Below, one piece after another: positions 48,508 through 59,746 of a stretch of DNA of 64,000 bases. The DNA is taken from assembly GCF_009834535.1 (NCBI RefSeq), contig NC_045705.1:55614001-55678000 (forward strand). The letters run 5' to 3'. Every line of letters begins with the position of its first letter. Positions within the stretch are counted from its first letter, which is position 1. The notes beneath the pieces are model-generated. The model was given only the letters and a program-made list of their open reading frames with translations. It was not told where the DNA came from and did no database searches. The translations under genes and the position numbers were made by a program. Origin of the DNA: Camelus ferus. Its lineage: Eukaryota.

Positions 48508-50906
48508 AGGAAAATTCTGACAAAAAACACTGAAACTGCACATGACAGCGATCGCTTCACACCGTTTGATGCATCTAGTGAAAGTGCAGCTAAGATGGAC
48601 AAACTTTAACCAGTCTCTGTGCAAAAGATGGAAATGCAATATATTTTCTAGAAATTAGATCTTAAATATAGTGAACTTCAGTTCAAACACATAAAGTCAG
48701 TGTTCTACTGCGTCTGGTTGGAGCCCTTAGCCTGACGGTGAGTTTCTGGATATGATGCTTTCTTCACCAGTGTGCTTGGAGCTGTCTTTGCTGTCTGCTG
48801 CTGAATATGTCCCTGGGGATTCAGTCAGCCCTGACAGACATGTCTGTTCTTCGCACCTCCCCATCCCGTTATGGACCTGACCACAGAATTTGTCAAAGAT
48901 TGGCCTTGCCTATGGTATGAACACAATCCTCAGTGGTTTAACAGATGTCTGCTCTGTGCCAGGTACCATGGGTGTCACTTTATAAACAAATTCTTCAGAA
49001 CAAATCTGTGAAGAACCACCATATTATAGATGATAAAGACCAGGCTTAAAAAGGGTAAGTGCTTGTCAAAGTTATGAAGTGGTGGCTGTGAGACTTAAAC
49101 CAGGGCTATTGGACCCTAGAGATGCCAAGCTCCCCTTTTTCTTTGTTAATAGTAAAGTTTAATTAAATAAATAGTAAGTTAATTATTTTACTTTACTTTA
49201 CAGTTATAAAAGGAGTATATGTACAGTATAAAATATTCAAATGATGCTAGCCCTTCAGGAGGGATGAAGTGTGGTTCTTGTAATGAAGAACTCGGTGGAC
49301 TGTGTGGACCGGACTCCCGCCTTGAGACACAAGTGTAGAAATGGTCTGGGAAGACTATCAGCTCGGGCAGCAGACGTTTAGACACCAATTGTAGAGCCTG
49401 TAGGGGAGGTGGTGAAGGGGTGGGTCACCTCAAAGACTATGAGGGGGAAAAAAATACCTGGAACCATGAGATATTCAAAGGTGATCACAGACAATCATTA
49501 TCTGGAATGTTCTTCAGTGCCTGCTACACATTAATGCACCAGCTAAGGAAAATTCAGAAACATTCATTTGGATATCTGATTCTGCTGAGGGCAACCCAAA
49601 TGGAATGCCCAATGGGAACTGATTCTGGCACTGATATCTGTGTAACAGAAGTTGTCCTGAGGCCCGGACATTACTAGGAAAGTCCCACTAGGCTGCTGGT
49701 TGCAACCAGCCACGAGGCTCACTCTGGGACATTTACTGGGACTGAAAATGTCTTTTGAACTCAGAAATTACAACTTATCAAGGTCTTGATACTGATTGGA
49801 CGTGGAAGAGAGTCAATTCAAACTAACTGAAATCAGGAATACATATTAATATCTAATCGACGAAGTAGTGTAGAAAGATCTAGATGTTCATGTTGCCCAC
49901 ATCTACCAGAATCCCCTAGAGGTGGCATTTTAGGCAACTGGATTCTAATTTTACAGTCTTTTGAAATCGTAGAATCAGAAAAAGGGGTCAGGTATATAAA
50001 TGGCAAAAGCCTAAACAACCCCATGTATCCATCTTCACAATAAAAAATATAATTGTTGGAGGGATTAGACAGACCTTACTCTTAGGCCTAACCTGCCTGG
50101 AGCAGTCAGCACCTTAGGGAGTCACTAGTAATCTGCTTTACATCAGAATATGTCCCCTCCCAGGTGATAATTCTCCTCCTCAAATATACCTTGTATCTAG
50201 TAATTGTTAAAGTCGTGAAGACCTAAGGTCAGCCTATTGCTTTCTCATTAATTTCTTTTGTCTCATCTTTGATCCTGTGGAAGCTGAGAGAGCACCTTTC
50301 CCCCCAAGTTCTTGGAGGACATGCTGCTGCTTTCATAGACTGTATGGATGGGTCACCCACCTGGTGGGTGTTAGAGATGCAAGCGGCCTCAAGATCCCAG
50401 TGATGCTGGATGGGCTAATTATACATATCTTTATTCCATTCATATAGAAACAACAACTTGAGACCTTGAACGAGGCATGGTTGGTATTCAGTAATTTAGT
50501 AGAAGACAGGTGACTAGAATTAGCACTTCCTAAGCTAGTTCTTAGACTAATACGTTTTCTCCTGAGCTATATTCATTTATCAAACTCAAGTGGTATGATT
50601 TTCAACCATGCAAGGGGCTAATGCAAAACATGGTTTTAGACAGGAACATTTAAATGTTTTGTTATTCAAATAAAATACTTTTTTCACTTTCAAAATTTAA
50701 TGCTCTTGAAATATATACATATCAACACTTTCAGAAAGCTAACTTTCCAATAGTAATCTTGGCTAAGGGTAATTGAACTATTTATTTTCCTATATAAACA
50801 GTGAAGTTTGTTTGAACATTTGAAGTCCAGTTAAAATGTCTCAGCTATTCTGACTGTAAATCAACAACTGTAATTGCTCTAGGTCCCATGATAATATCTC
50901 TTTGTT

Positions 50907-51040
50907 GGGGGGAGGGTACAGCTCAGTGGTAGAGTGCATGCTTAGCATGCATGAGGTCCTGGGTTCAATCCCTGGTACCTCCATTAAATAAATAGATAAA
51001 TAAATAAACCTAACTACCCCCCCCCAAATTGTAGAAACTA
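50907..51040 (+). mobile_element. Camelid tRNA-derived SINE (Vic-1 type)
   Basis: gggggagggtacagctcagtggtagagtgcatgcttagcatgcatgaggtcctgggttcaatccctggtacctcc with (AAAT)n tail. Confidence 0.92.
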
Positions 51041-51189
51041 TGTATATATATACCTTTGTGAATCAGAATGGTATATTGTAAACTGAACCCTAATATAAAC
51101 AAACTACATTATACAAGATATGCTTTCTTCTTAGGTTTTGTTAAAGTATCAGTTCTGTAGATGAATGGTTCCAACTTCACTAGTAAGGT

Positions 51190-51380
51190 AGGGCATCACT
51201 TCTCAAACTGTACTGGGCACGGGGACAATCTGAGGGTGCGCTAAAATGAAAATAACGATTCTGTACATCTGGGTTCCAGCCTGAGAGTCTACATTTGTAA
51301 CAAGCTCCCAGCTGAGGCATTACTAAAATCAAATCTCAAAGAAAGCCAACCTCTGGCAGGCGGTAGAGACCACTGCCCTT
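51190..51380. mobile_element. MER5-like hAT MITE remnant directly upstream of UBQLN5
   Basis: cttctcaaactgt...gattctgtacatctggg...ctacatttgtaacaagctccc...gagaccactgccct. Confidence 0.6.
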
Positions 51381-51404
51381 CCCCTAACCAGGTCTGCTTC
51401 TCAA

Positions 51405-51427
51405 CTGTGACTTCATTGCTGACATCA
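51405..51427 (+). promoter_or_regulatory. Tandem CRE-like element upstream of UBQLN5
   Basis: ctg-TGACTTCA-ttgc-TGACATCA. Confidence 0.6.
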
Positions 51428-51625
51428 TCTCCCCTAAGGCTGGCTCTAGAGAAGGGCAGTTGCCACCTCATGGGAGCCAGGTGGTGGCAGGGCTACACTG
51501 GAAGGCAGTGTCCACAGGACGTGGGTGAGAGGACATCATTGTACACCTACTGGTCCCTGCGTCCAGGTGTACTCGGTACTACATCTAGACTTCTTCAGAC
51601 TCCTGCATTCTGCTCTCGAGGAAAT

Positions 51626-53188
51626 ATGGCACAGGCTAGGGAAGAAGCAGGGGACAGTCAGCTGGTGTCTGGTCGGGAGCCACCATCACGCATCATCAGA
51701 GTGTCTCTCAAGACCCCACAGGACTGCCAGGAATTTATGCTGGCAGAGAACAGCAGCATCCACCACTTTAAGAAGCAGATCTCCAAACGCCTTCACTGTG
51801 ACACTGACAGACTGGTGCTCATCTTCACAGGAAAAATCCTCCGGGATCAAGACATACTGAGCCAGCGAGGCATCCTTGATGGCACTACGGTCCACTTGGT
51901 AGTGAGGACTCGTGTGAAAGGAACTCAGCCCGGTCCCGGTGCTCTGCCAGGCCCCACTGGACACTGTGCCCATCGTTCTGAACCATCCACCTCGGAGAGT
52001 GCTGGGGTGCTAGCCAGGCTGGGCCGGCTGGCCCAGGGCTCTCCTGATCTGGCAGACCTCCTCGGCCAGCTAGCTCAACTCCTGATGGTTGCGCCCGAGG
52101 CCGTGGTGCAGCTCTCGGAAGACCCTATGGTTCAAGGCCTGGTAAGTGAGAAACTAGCCAATGCCAGCCATGTTTCTGAATCCTCAAAGCCAGTACACAA
52201 ACCCGAGCTGGCTCTTAAGGTTCTGGAAAACTTGCAGAACCTGGCCCAGTCACCGGAACTCCTGCAGGCAGACAAGTGGGGACTGGAGGCCTTGAAGGCA
52301 GTGCCAGGTGGTGACAATGCCACGCATCCGGTCTGCTCTGATATCCAGCACCTCATGCTCTCCACTCTGGCCTCACTGGCTGCTTCCAAAGGCCATGGCC
52401 CAAGTTCAGAGCCCAGCAGAGGGGGCGCCAATCCTCACAGCAGTACTAACACAACCACCACCATCGTCCCCACAGCCGCTGCACCTGCCAGGCCACTGGC
52501 ACAGGAGGTCAGAGCAGGAGTCATTGCTCAAGTCAGGGGCATGGTCTCAAACCAGGCCAATTCAGGCTGCAGGACTGGGACGTCGGACTTAAATTCGGGC
52601 CAGGATCTTTCCTCCCAGGAGAGCCAACAGCCCATAGGGAAAGCCACACCAGCCAGTCAGCTGAGAACTTCACCTTCTGCCTTGTGCAGAGCTCTGCATG
52701 TCCTGCAGCAGAATCCAGCTCTGCTGCGCCAGCTGGTGACCGACAGCCCCCTGCGACACCATATGCCACTGCTTCCCATACTCACCAACCCACAGGCACT
52801 TCAGGCATTGATCCAGATAGAAAAGGGCCTGCAGATACTGTCCAGGGAGGTGCCTGGGTTGGGACCTTGTTTATGGGGTCCAGGTAGACCACATGGGGCT
52901 AGAGGAGCTCCTGAAACTAGGGGTGGAGGACAAGGTCACAGAGCAGACCCTGTGCAACCCACACTGGCCGTTCTTCAGCTCCTCCGTGCACTGGCCCATG
53001 CTTGCCCCCAGTCTACCCAGTCCTCCCTGCCCTCGTGCCCCCTCGCTGACAGCTGCTACCAGCAAGAACTGGAGCATCTGAAGGCCATGGGCTTTGCTAA
53101 TCGTGATGCCAATCTTCAGGCCCTGGTGGCCACAGGTGGAGACATCCATGCTGCCATTGAGAGGCTGCTGGGGGTATCAGAGGCCTAG
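51626..53188 (+). CDS. UBQLN5: Ubiquilin-5, 520 aa, intact
   Basis: Kozak aatATGg; UBL ([10 protein letters not shown]...[12 protein letters not shown]...GTTVHLVVR), M-domain [20 protein letters not shown], complete UBA ([31 protein letters not shown]). Third intronless ubiquilin, in the position of rodent Ubqln5. Confidence 0.85.
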   Translation: MAQAREEAGDSQLVSGREPPSRIIRVSLKTPQDCQEFMLAENSSIHHFKKQISKRLHCDTDRLVLIFTGKILRDQDILSQRGILDGTTVHLVVRTRVKGTQPGPGALPGPTGHCAHRSEPSTSESAGVLARLGRLAQGSPDLADLLGQLAQLLMVAPEAVVQLSEDPMVQGLVSEKLANASHVSESSKPVHKPELALKVLENLQNLAQSPELLQADKWGLEALKAVPGGDNATHPVCSDIQHLMLSTLASLAASKGHGPSSEPSRGGANPHSSTNTTTTIVPTAAAPARPLAQEVRAGVIAQVRGMVSNQANSGCRTGTSDLNSGQDLSSQESQQPIGKATPASQLRTSPSALCRALHVLQQNPALLRQLVTDSPLRHHMPLLPILTNPQALQALIQIEKGLQILSREVPGLGPCLWGPGRPHGARGAPETRGGGQGHRADPVQPTLAVLQLLRALAHACPQSTQSSLPSCPLADSCYQQELEHLKAMGFANRDANLQALVATGGDIHAAIERLLGVSEA

Positions 53189-53333
53189 GTCCCTCCAGCT
53201 GGTGCCCACAAAGCACCACCCGCAGAGAGGAGAGAGGGAAGGGGAGGGGAAGAAGTAGTTTATTCTGGGACTTCCTCCTGCTCTTATTGTGCACACTGGT
53301 ACAGCCTCCCCTCACTGCGCAAGCCTGTTCTAC

Positions 53334-53339
53334 ATTAAA
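53334..53339 (+). terminator. Polyadenylation signal of UBQLN5 (ATTAAA)
   Basis: ATTAAA about 145 nt after the stop codon. Confidence 0.55.
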
Positions 53340-53849
53340 AGAAAAAAAGATTGCTTGGACCTCAAATGTGGTGTCGATCTGGGGGCTGGGTGGGCAAAGA
53401 GAACGTTGTTTGGGGGAGGGGTTGATCATGTTATGTGATCTTGAGTCTGGGCTTCACCTATTCTCATACCCCTGATCTCAGAGGATTTTCTAAATTTGAA
53501 CATGAGGTAGGGAAATACTGAGCTTTCTTTTCCTTATCTCTACTCCTGCTCAGTTAGCAACCAAGTTCCCCCATCAACACTACTATCACCACCCCTATTA
53601 CAACTCTGCAGTGACTCGGAAAAAATCCTGGCTTTTGCTCCCCCGGGAAGTCGTGAATTTCTTCACGGCCTCTGAAAGCCACTCAGTCTTTGACCATGTT
53701 TCTCGGTCTTTAGATCCAGCCTCTCGATGTTGTAGGAAATATGTTTAACTTCCCTCCCAGTTAGGGCTCTTCCAATATCTGCTTGTGCCAGGATCCTGCT
53801 CTTACATGAGGTCCACCTCCACTAATTTGGAAGCTCCATCCTCTCCTCC

Positions 53850-54400
53850 TCTGCAGGTTTCTTTCCTTTATCTACAAAATGTTCGACTCTGCTGCCTATT
53901 CAGCTACAGAATTTGATCTTTCTTTTATCTCTGAATTTCTTGAAAGTGCCTCCCCTTCCATTGGTCACCATCCTCTGCAGTCAGGGACTTGTCCCCAGGA
54001 CAGAGCAGAAGCTTTCTCAAAACTGTTGCCCATTCCTAATCTTCCTAAATGTTTCTACCATACCTGATACACTGACCCTTCTTTAAGCTGCTTAGTTTTA
54101 TATATTTTCTTATCCATTCTCTTATAAAGTGGTGCTTCCTGAGAGTATGTTACACCATTTCTTTCTCTAGTCATCCTTCAAAGAGTTTGACCATTTCCTT
54201 GGCTCTGGCTTTTAGTCTTATGTTCGCAGTTCCCAAATCTCTGAGTCTATGTGTACTGCTAACCTGTCTGGGTGTCCCAAAGGAAGCTCTGGCTCAGCAT
54301 AGCCAAGTATAGATTAGCATCTTTCCACTGGCCCCCCATTTCTTTCCTAAATTCTGTGGTTTCTTTGTCTTAGTAAAAGCCATTAATCCATTCTTAATCT
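53850..54400 (+). mobile_element. L2 LINE fragment
   Basis: Pyrimidine-rich L2 pattern (ttcccaaatctctgagtc...ctaacctgtctgggtgtcccaaagg...ctcagcatagccaag). Confidence 0.55.
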
Positions 54401-57316
54401 ATCCATTCTCTTCTGTAAACCTCTAATATCAGTGAGGAGACACGTGGTGTAGGTGGATGGAACATTCTTCAGAGGACCAGTGGCTACATGTAACTATGTA
54501 GCAGGATAAAAAGTGATGAGAAAGGAGAGAGCATGTTGATGGAGTTGCTTTAGGGGAAACCAGGGATTAAAATTCAGAGCCAGACTTGGGTCAATTGAGG
54601 TTGGGCTGAGAAATAGCTGAATCTCATGCTTCCTGGGGGCTGGAGAGGACTGATGTCTCTAAGATAGACACTGTGACTTAACTGTGTTGTGATGCCCATG
54701 AGCCAAGAGACCTGAAGGTTGTGGAGGTCAAGGGCTGTGTATAAAACATCTTTTGGACTCCACTTCCCAGCAGGGAGCCTGGTACACAGTTTACTCTTCA
54801 TTTGCCTGTAGCCACCAGAATATTGGTCTGTATTTCTAAGATCAGTGATGCATGCTTGGTCTCTGTGATGAGGGAGATTCCTGGGGATGGAGTTGGGGCG
54901 ATGGGCAGGGCAGTATTCTGGGATCCTAGAAGAAAGCTTCACCCTCCTCCATCATGCTGGCTCCAGATACCTCAGTGGGGTAACACACCTTGACAATAAT
55001 GTTAGTAGTCTTCCTGGGGGCTGGACCCTGCTACCTCCAATCTGATAGCAGTTACTGGCTTCTACAAATTGCTTTCCCCCTCTTGGAACTATTGTATTCT
55101 AGCTTTAGGATTACAAAAGAGTCAAAAAAAAAACAAAAAAACAAACAAAAAAAAAACCGAAGGAGCTCTCAGGAGTGGAGTAGGAGTAAGCTGCAGAATC
55201 CTCTGTCTGTCTGTTACCTGTGGTATACGAAAGCTGAACTTTGGTCAGCAAGAGGAAACTATGGAGAAGAACAGTCCTGTGCTAGATCCCTATAGGGCAT
55301 CAGCCCAGTGCATAGGGCACAGCTCAATCCCTGTGCCAAAGTGTCTGCAACTGTGTGGTCCCTGCATCTCATATTATCTCTTTAGGCAGAACAAAGGGAG
55401 GTGAGATGCTCTTGGAAAATCCAAAATTGGAAAAGAGGGTTGTCTGTGGGAGATCTCTGCTAAAATGTTTTTTCTATAATACCAGTGTTGAAGTGAGATT
55501 AAAGTTTAGGGAAGGAGGAAGGATGCTGGGCAGAATGGATGGACTGAATCCCACAATGCTCTCTTATACATGCATCAATTTGCAGAATAATATACAATGA
55601 AAAATGTGGTTAATGAGACATATGGTAGAATTATAACCTAAAGGTAGGCTAGTTCACATGGAGGATATCACACAGTCCTACAGCAATTGTACTGTAGAAA
55701 ATAGAATGTGATAGCCTTATGCCTGAATTTTCAGTCTTTCATAATGAGAGAAACACAAAGATGAATTATCTCTACTCAATAGCAACTATTAATCGGATGC
55801 CTGCCGGTTGTAGATGTATATCACAAAATCATACACAGTTTCAATCGCAGGCATCTAGTCAGCTCACAGACATTTATTCACACACAGAAATATAAAGAAA
55901 AATGAAAATATAAATTGTGATAAAATGACTTCAGTTCTTCTTATAGGTAATGTAACTAAAATTCTTGACTGTTTTGCTTAATATAATATATTTAAGATCT
56001 TAAATGTCAGTGTTAGTTTTCACTGGGAGTAAAAAAAAAAATGAGAAATTCAGAAAGTGACTCCTTGAAATTTCTTCCATGTTGGAGAACCTGAGAGAAA
56101 CCCAGGGAGCTGGGGAATAATAACAAAGCTAGCAACCATTCTGTAAGCACTAGAAGCCTTTCTCTTTTGAGAGAGTATACAGCTATTCCTTAGAAATTCC
56201 TGAAATATATGGAGTGTTATTTTCATTTTACAGCTAAAGAAACAGGCTCAGAGGGGTTAAGTGACTTCCCACACACGTGTGGTAGAAATTCTAAGCTGGT
56301 TTTCACGATACTAGCACCCTCATTCTGTGCACCACACAGAGAATCAGATGATGAGAGTGCGGGATTCAAAATGACCATTAAGGAAACAGAATGTGGTCAG
56401 ATTACGAAGGCTTGAATTCAGATAAGGGTGATGGAAAGGCTTAAAGGTCTGCCCAGAGTGTGGAATCTTATGGAGGGTGGAACCAACGGATCAGAGTTGG
56501 TGGTCTGTGGAATAACTTCTTCAGAAGGGGCAATGGGAACAAGACCTAGGGTTGAGCAAAGATGGACAGATATATCAAAGGGATGATGCAGAAGTCTGGA
56601 GTTTGTCAGCTATACAAGGGAGCAGAGGAACAAGAAAAAGATATCTGTTGAATTCATTTAAAAATATATGAAAGAATATAGTCCAAGAATAAAAGTATAG
56701 TCACTAAAGCACTGAGATGTGTCCATCTCCCTGAAGTCTACCTCTGTCTGCCCTGTGTGGAGAATAACGTCTAGTCAGGTATTTTCCAACTTGACTCTTT
56801 ATATTAAAAAAGTGTCTAAGGGTTATGCAATGCTGGACAAGGGAAGTGGACAGGGATGAGTCACCAAGATCACTGACATTGGAGAGGATATACCTTGTAC
56901 AGGTAACTCAATTTCTTGGACTGGAGTAAAGTCAAAAGCATCCAGTTCCTCTCACACTGGGCTGCTGATTTTGGTCTTGTGGGATGATGATTTTATGCCC
57001 TAGCCTCTGTCTAAGTGATAGTAGAGAGAAAGGAGGAAAGAGAAAAGAAAAAAAGGGGAGAAAGGAGAAAGAGAAAAGAAATAGCAAACATCATCCCCAA
57101 AAGAAGATGTTGGGAGAGAAGTTAGACTCTCAGACACACGATATGGTGAAGAGAGGTGAAGGGAGCAGAAGTATTCTTTACTGGATAATGTCTGAGAGGT
57201 GCCTGTGAGGCATCTTCAGCCATGTAGAAAGAACAGGTCCTTTAACAATGGGGTTTTGTGCTAGTTATTCTTCCCCTTGAAGTAGTAGCTGCAGTGCCTG
57301 CTGACATCAAATAAGG

Positions 57317-57730
57317 ATGCTGACAGCCTCCAACGTCACGGTTGACAGCCTCCCTGAAACTTTCATCCTGATGGGATCCCAGGACTGGAGGCTGCCCACA
57401 CGTGCAGTACTGCCCCCTTTTGTGCCATGCATCTGGTGAGACTGGCTGGGAGTGCTCCTCTGACCCTAGTCATCGTGATGGGCAGTGCTCTTTATATATC
57501 CATGTATCTATTCCTTTGTCTTCTCTCACTCATGCCTCCTGGCTCTCACCTTCATCACTGTGCCCAAGACACTGGCCATTATTGTGGCTCCAGGCTGCTG
57601 GGTTTCCCTTTGGTGGGTGCTTGGCTCAGAAACCTTATGTCCATTTTATCTATGCTCTAGAGTCCTTGGTTCTTCCTTTCATGGTCTTTGATTAATACGT
57701 GGCTATCCACAATCTACTGAGATATACAAC
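57317..57730 (+). pseudogene. 5'-half OR52D-like olfactory receptor remnant
   Basis: MLTASNVTVDSLPETFILM/PGLEAAH...PFCAMHLV..AG...MYLFLCLLSL/...TVPKTLA/...FGGCLAQ...IYALESLVL..M.FD*YVAI.N.LRYTT with several frameshifts; homology stops just after TM3. Confidence 0.8.
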
Positions 57731-59079
57731 ACAGGGAAGGATTTGGTCTGATCCATCAATTGGAGATAGAAGATGAAGACAGTATAGAGCTACAGCGGTT
57801 GGTTAAGAAATTTGTGGGTAGAATTGGGGAGCACAAAACTATGAGAATTGGGTCCTAACTGTTGGACACATCATTTGGCCGCTTGTGAACCTAAATTTCC
57901 TTACCAGTATCTCAAGCTCCTTATAGCTCTATGATCCTGTAAATCGAATCCATAGGTGGGTGCATTTTAAATATCACTGAGAGAGTCCAGAGTCCTGAAT
58001 CCTGGCCCTGCCTCTGACACCAATTTTACTTTATTCCAGTGTAATACAAACAAAAATCAAATTAACGAGTATCTACTCTGTGCCAGACACTGTGCTAGGT
58101 ACTCTACATACACTGTCCATTGTTGTTACTTATCACAATAGCACAATGAAGACATCATTCATTTATTCATTAATTCAACAAAGGACACGATATATACCAG
58201 TATGACCCACGCATTTGTTCCATAATATTTTTGTAATACTTAGTAACTATATGTAAGTCACAGACAAGATGCCTGCTGTGATGAAGTTTTAGAATGGCAA
58301 TGAATCATGCAAGAAGCAAATAGACAAACACTATAGATTGTTTTAGGTCATGCAAATAAAATAAAACAGAGCACACTTTTATATACTTAGGGTTTATTAG
58401 CCAAATGCCATCAATAACCACCAGCTTTATTGAATACTTGATTTTATGTCATGTACCATGATAAACATTTTTACTAAGGCTGAGGATGGTGAAGTGGAAT
58501 GCCCTAGTTGATGCAGCTCAAGTAGATAAGAAAGCCAAGTTTTAAGGCCAAGGTTATATGGGTCCAGGTCTCACTTTTTTTTCTATTATAAAATATTAGG
58601 TAATGTGTAAGACATTGTTCATATAAATGCATAACCTTAGGACTATTACCATCTTTAAATCACAGGCTCTTAATTTAAAATGCAGATACCAGTAACAATC
58701 TTTTTGAACCTTTGGGAGGAATATCTGCTAACCTATTTGTGTATTTTAAAACTGAGGTTACTAAGTCAATGAAGGGATATTAAAGACGACACTTGGATTC
58801 TGCGCAGTCTCCCTAAGTCCTCAACAAGGGATAATTTTATGGCTGAAAGGAAGAAAACCTCAAAGTGGAGGACCAGAGGAAAAGTGGAGAAAATACAGTT
58901 TTAATAAGCACTATTCATATCCAAAACACTATCTAAATATTTTTAAGTTGTTATATAATATAGTTATCACAGTAACCCTGTAAGGTGATATAATTTGAAA
59001 CAGTACTAAACATGTAACAACTTGGCTAATAATATTTAGAGAGGTTACATGACTTTCCCACATTTATTTATTGAGCATT

Positions 59080-59320
59080 TTACCTGTTATGTACTGTCTT
59101 AACTTTTCTACATTCACTGATTTATTTATTCCTCACCACAACATTAAGAGTTACATGTTAACATTATCCTCCATTTAACTGTTGGCCAAGCTGAGGCTTA
59201 AAGAGATTTAGCAACATGCTCGAAGGCCACAAAACTAGTAAGCAGAGAAACCAGGATTCAAACCCAGGTACTCTTATTTCAGACCTCCTGCTCATAATCA
59301 CTGCCCAAAGACTTGGATTC
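59080..59320 (-). mobile_element. MIR SINE
   Basis: cattatcctccattt...gctgaggcttaaagagatttagcaacatgctcgaaggccacaaaactagtaagcagagaaaccaggattcaaaccc. Confidence 0.85.
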
Positions 59321-59746
59321 AGAGGAATTTCAAATGTTCTTTTCATTTTCTACTTGGACTCACAGAACACTCCCACCATGACACCCAGACTGCTTTCAAG
59401 CACAGGAAGTGACTTGATTTTTAGTACGCCATGGACACTTCTGAGTCAAGAGGAAAAATATTATCATAGCTAATGAGGTTTACCAAGGCATGGTTATTGT
59501 TAACTGAAAACTTTTTCCAAAAGTGAAAGTATTATCATCTTTCTGGGCTATTCAGAATTGCTCAAGGAGCCTTAGGGATATGATACACTCAGTGTGATTG
59601 TTGATACCTCCAGCTCATCTGACCTTTTCTTATCCTTCCTCCCATACAACACATTCCTCTTGTATCAGAGATCTCCATCCGTGAAAATGCATCCAGATAG
59701 CCATCATACACATTTACTTTTCTTATCTCCAATCTCTGCTCAGAAT

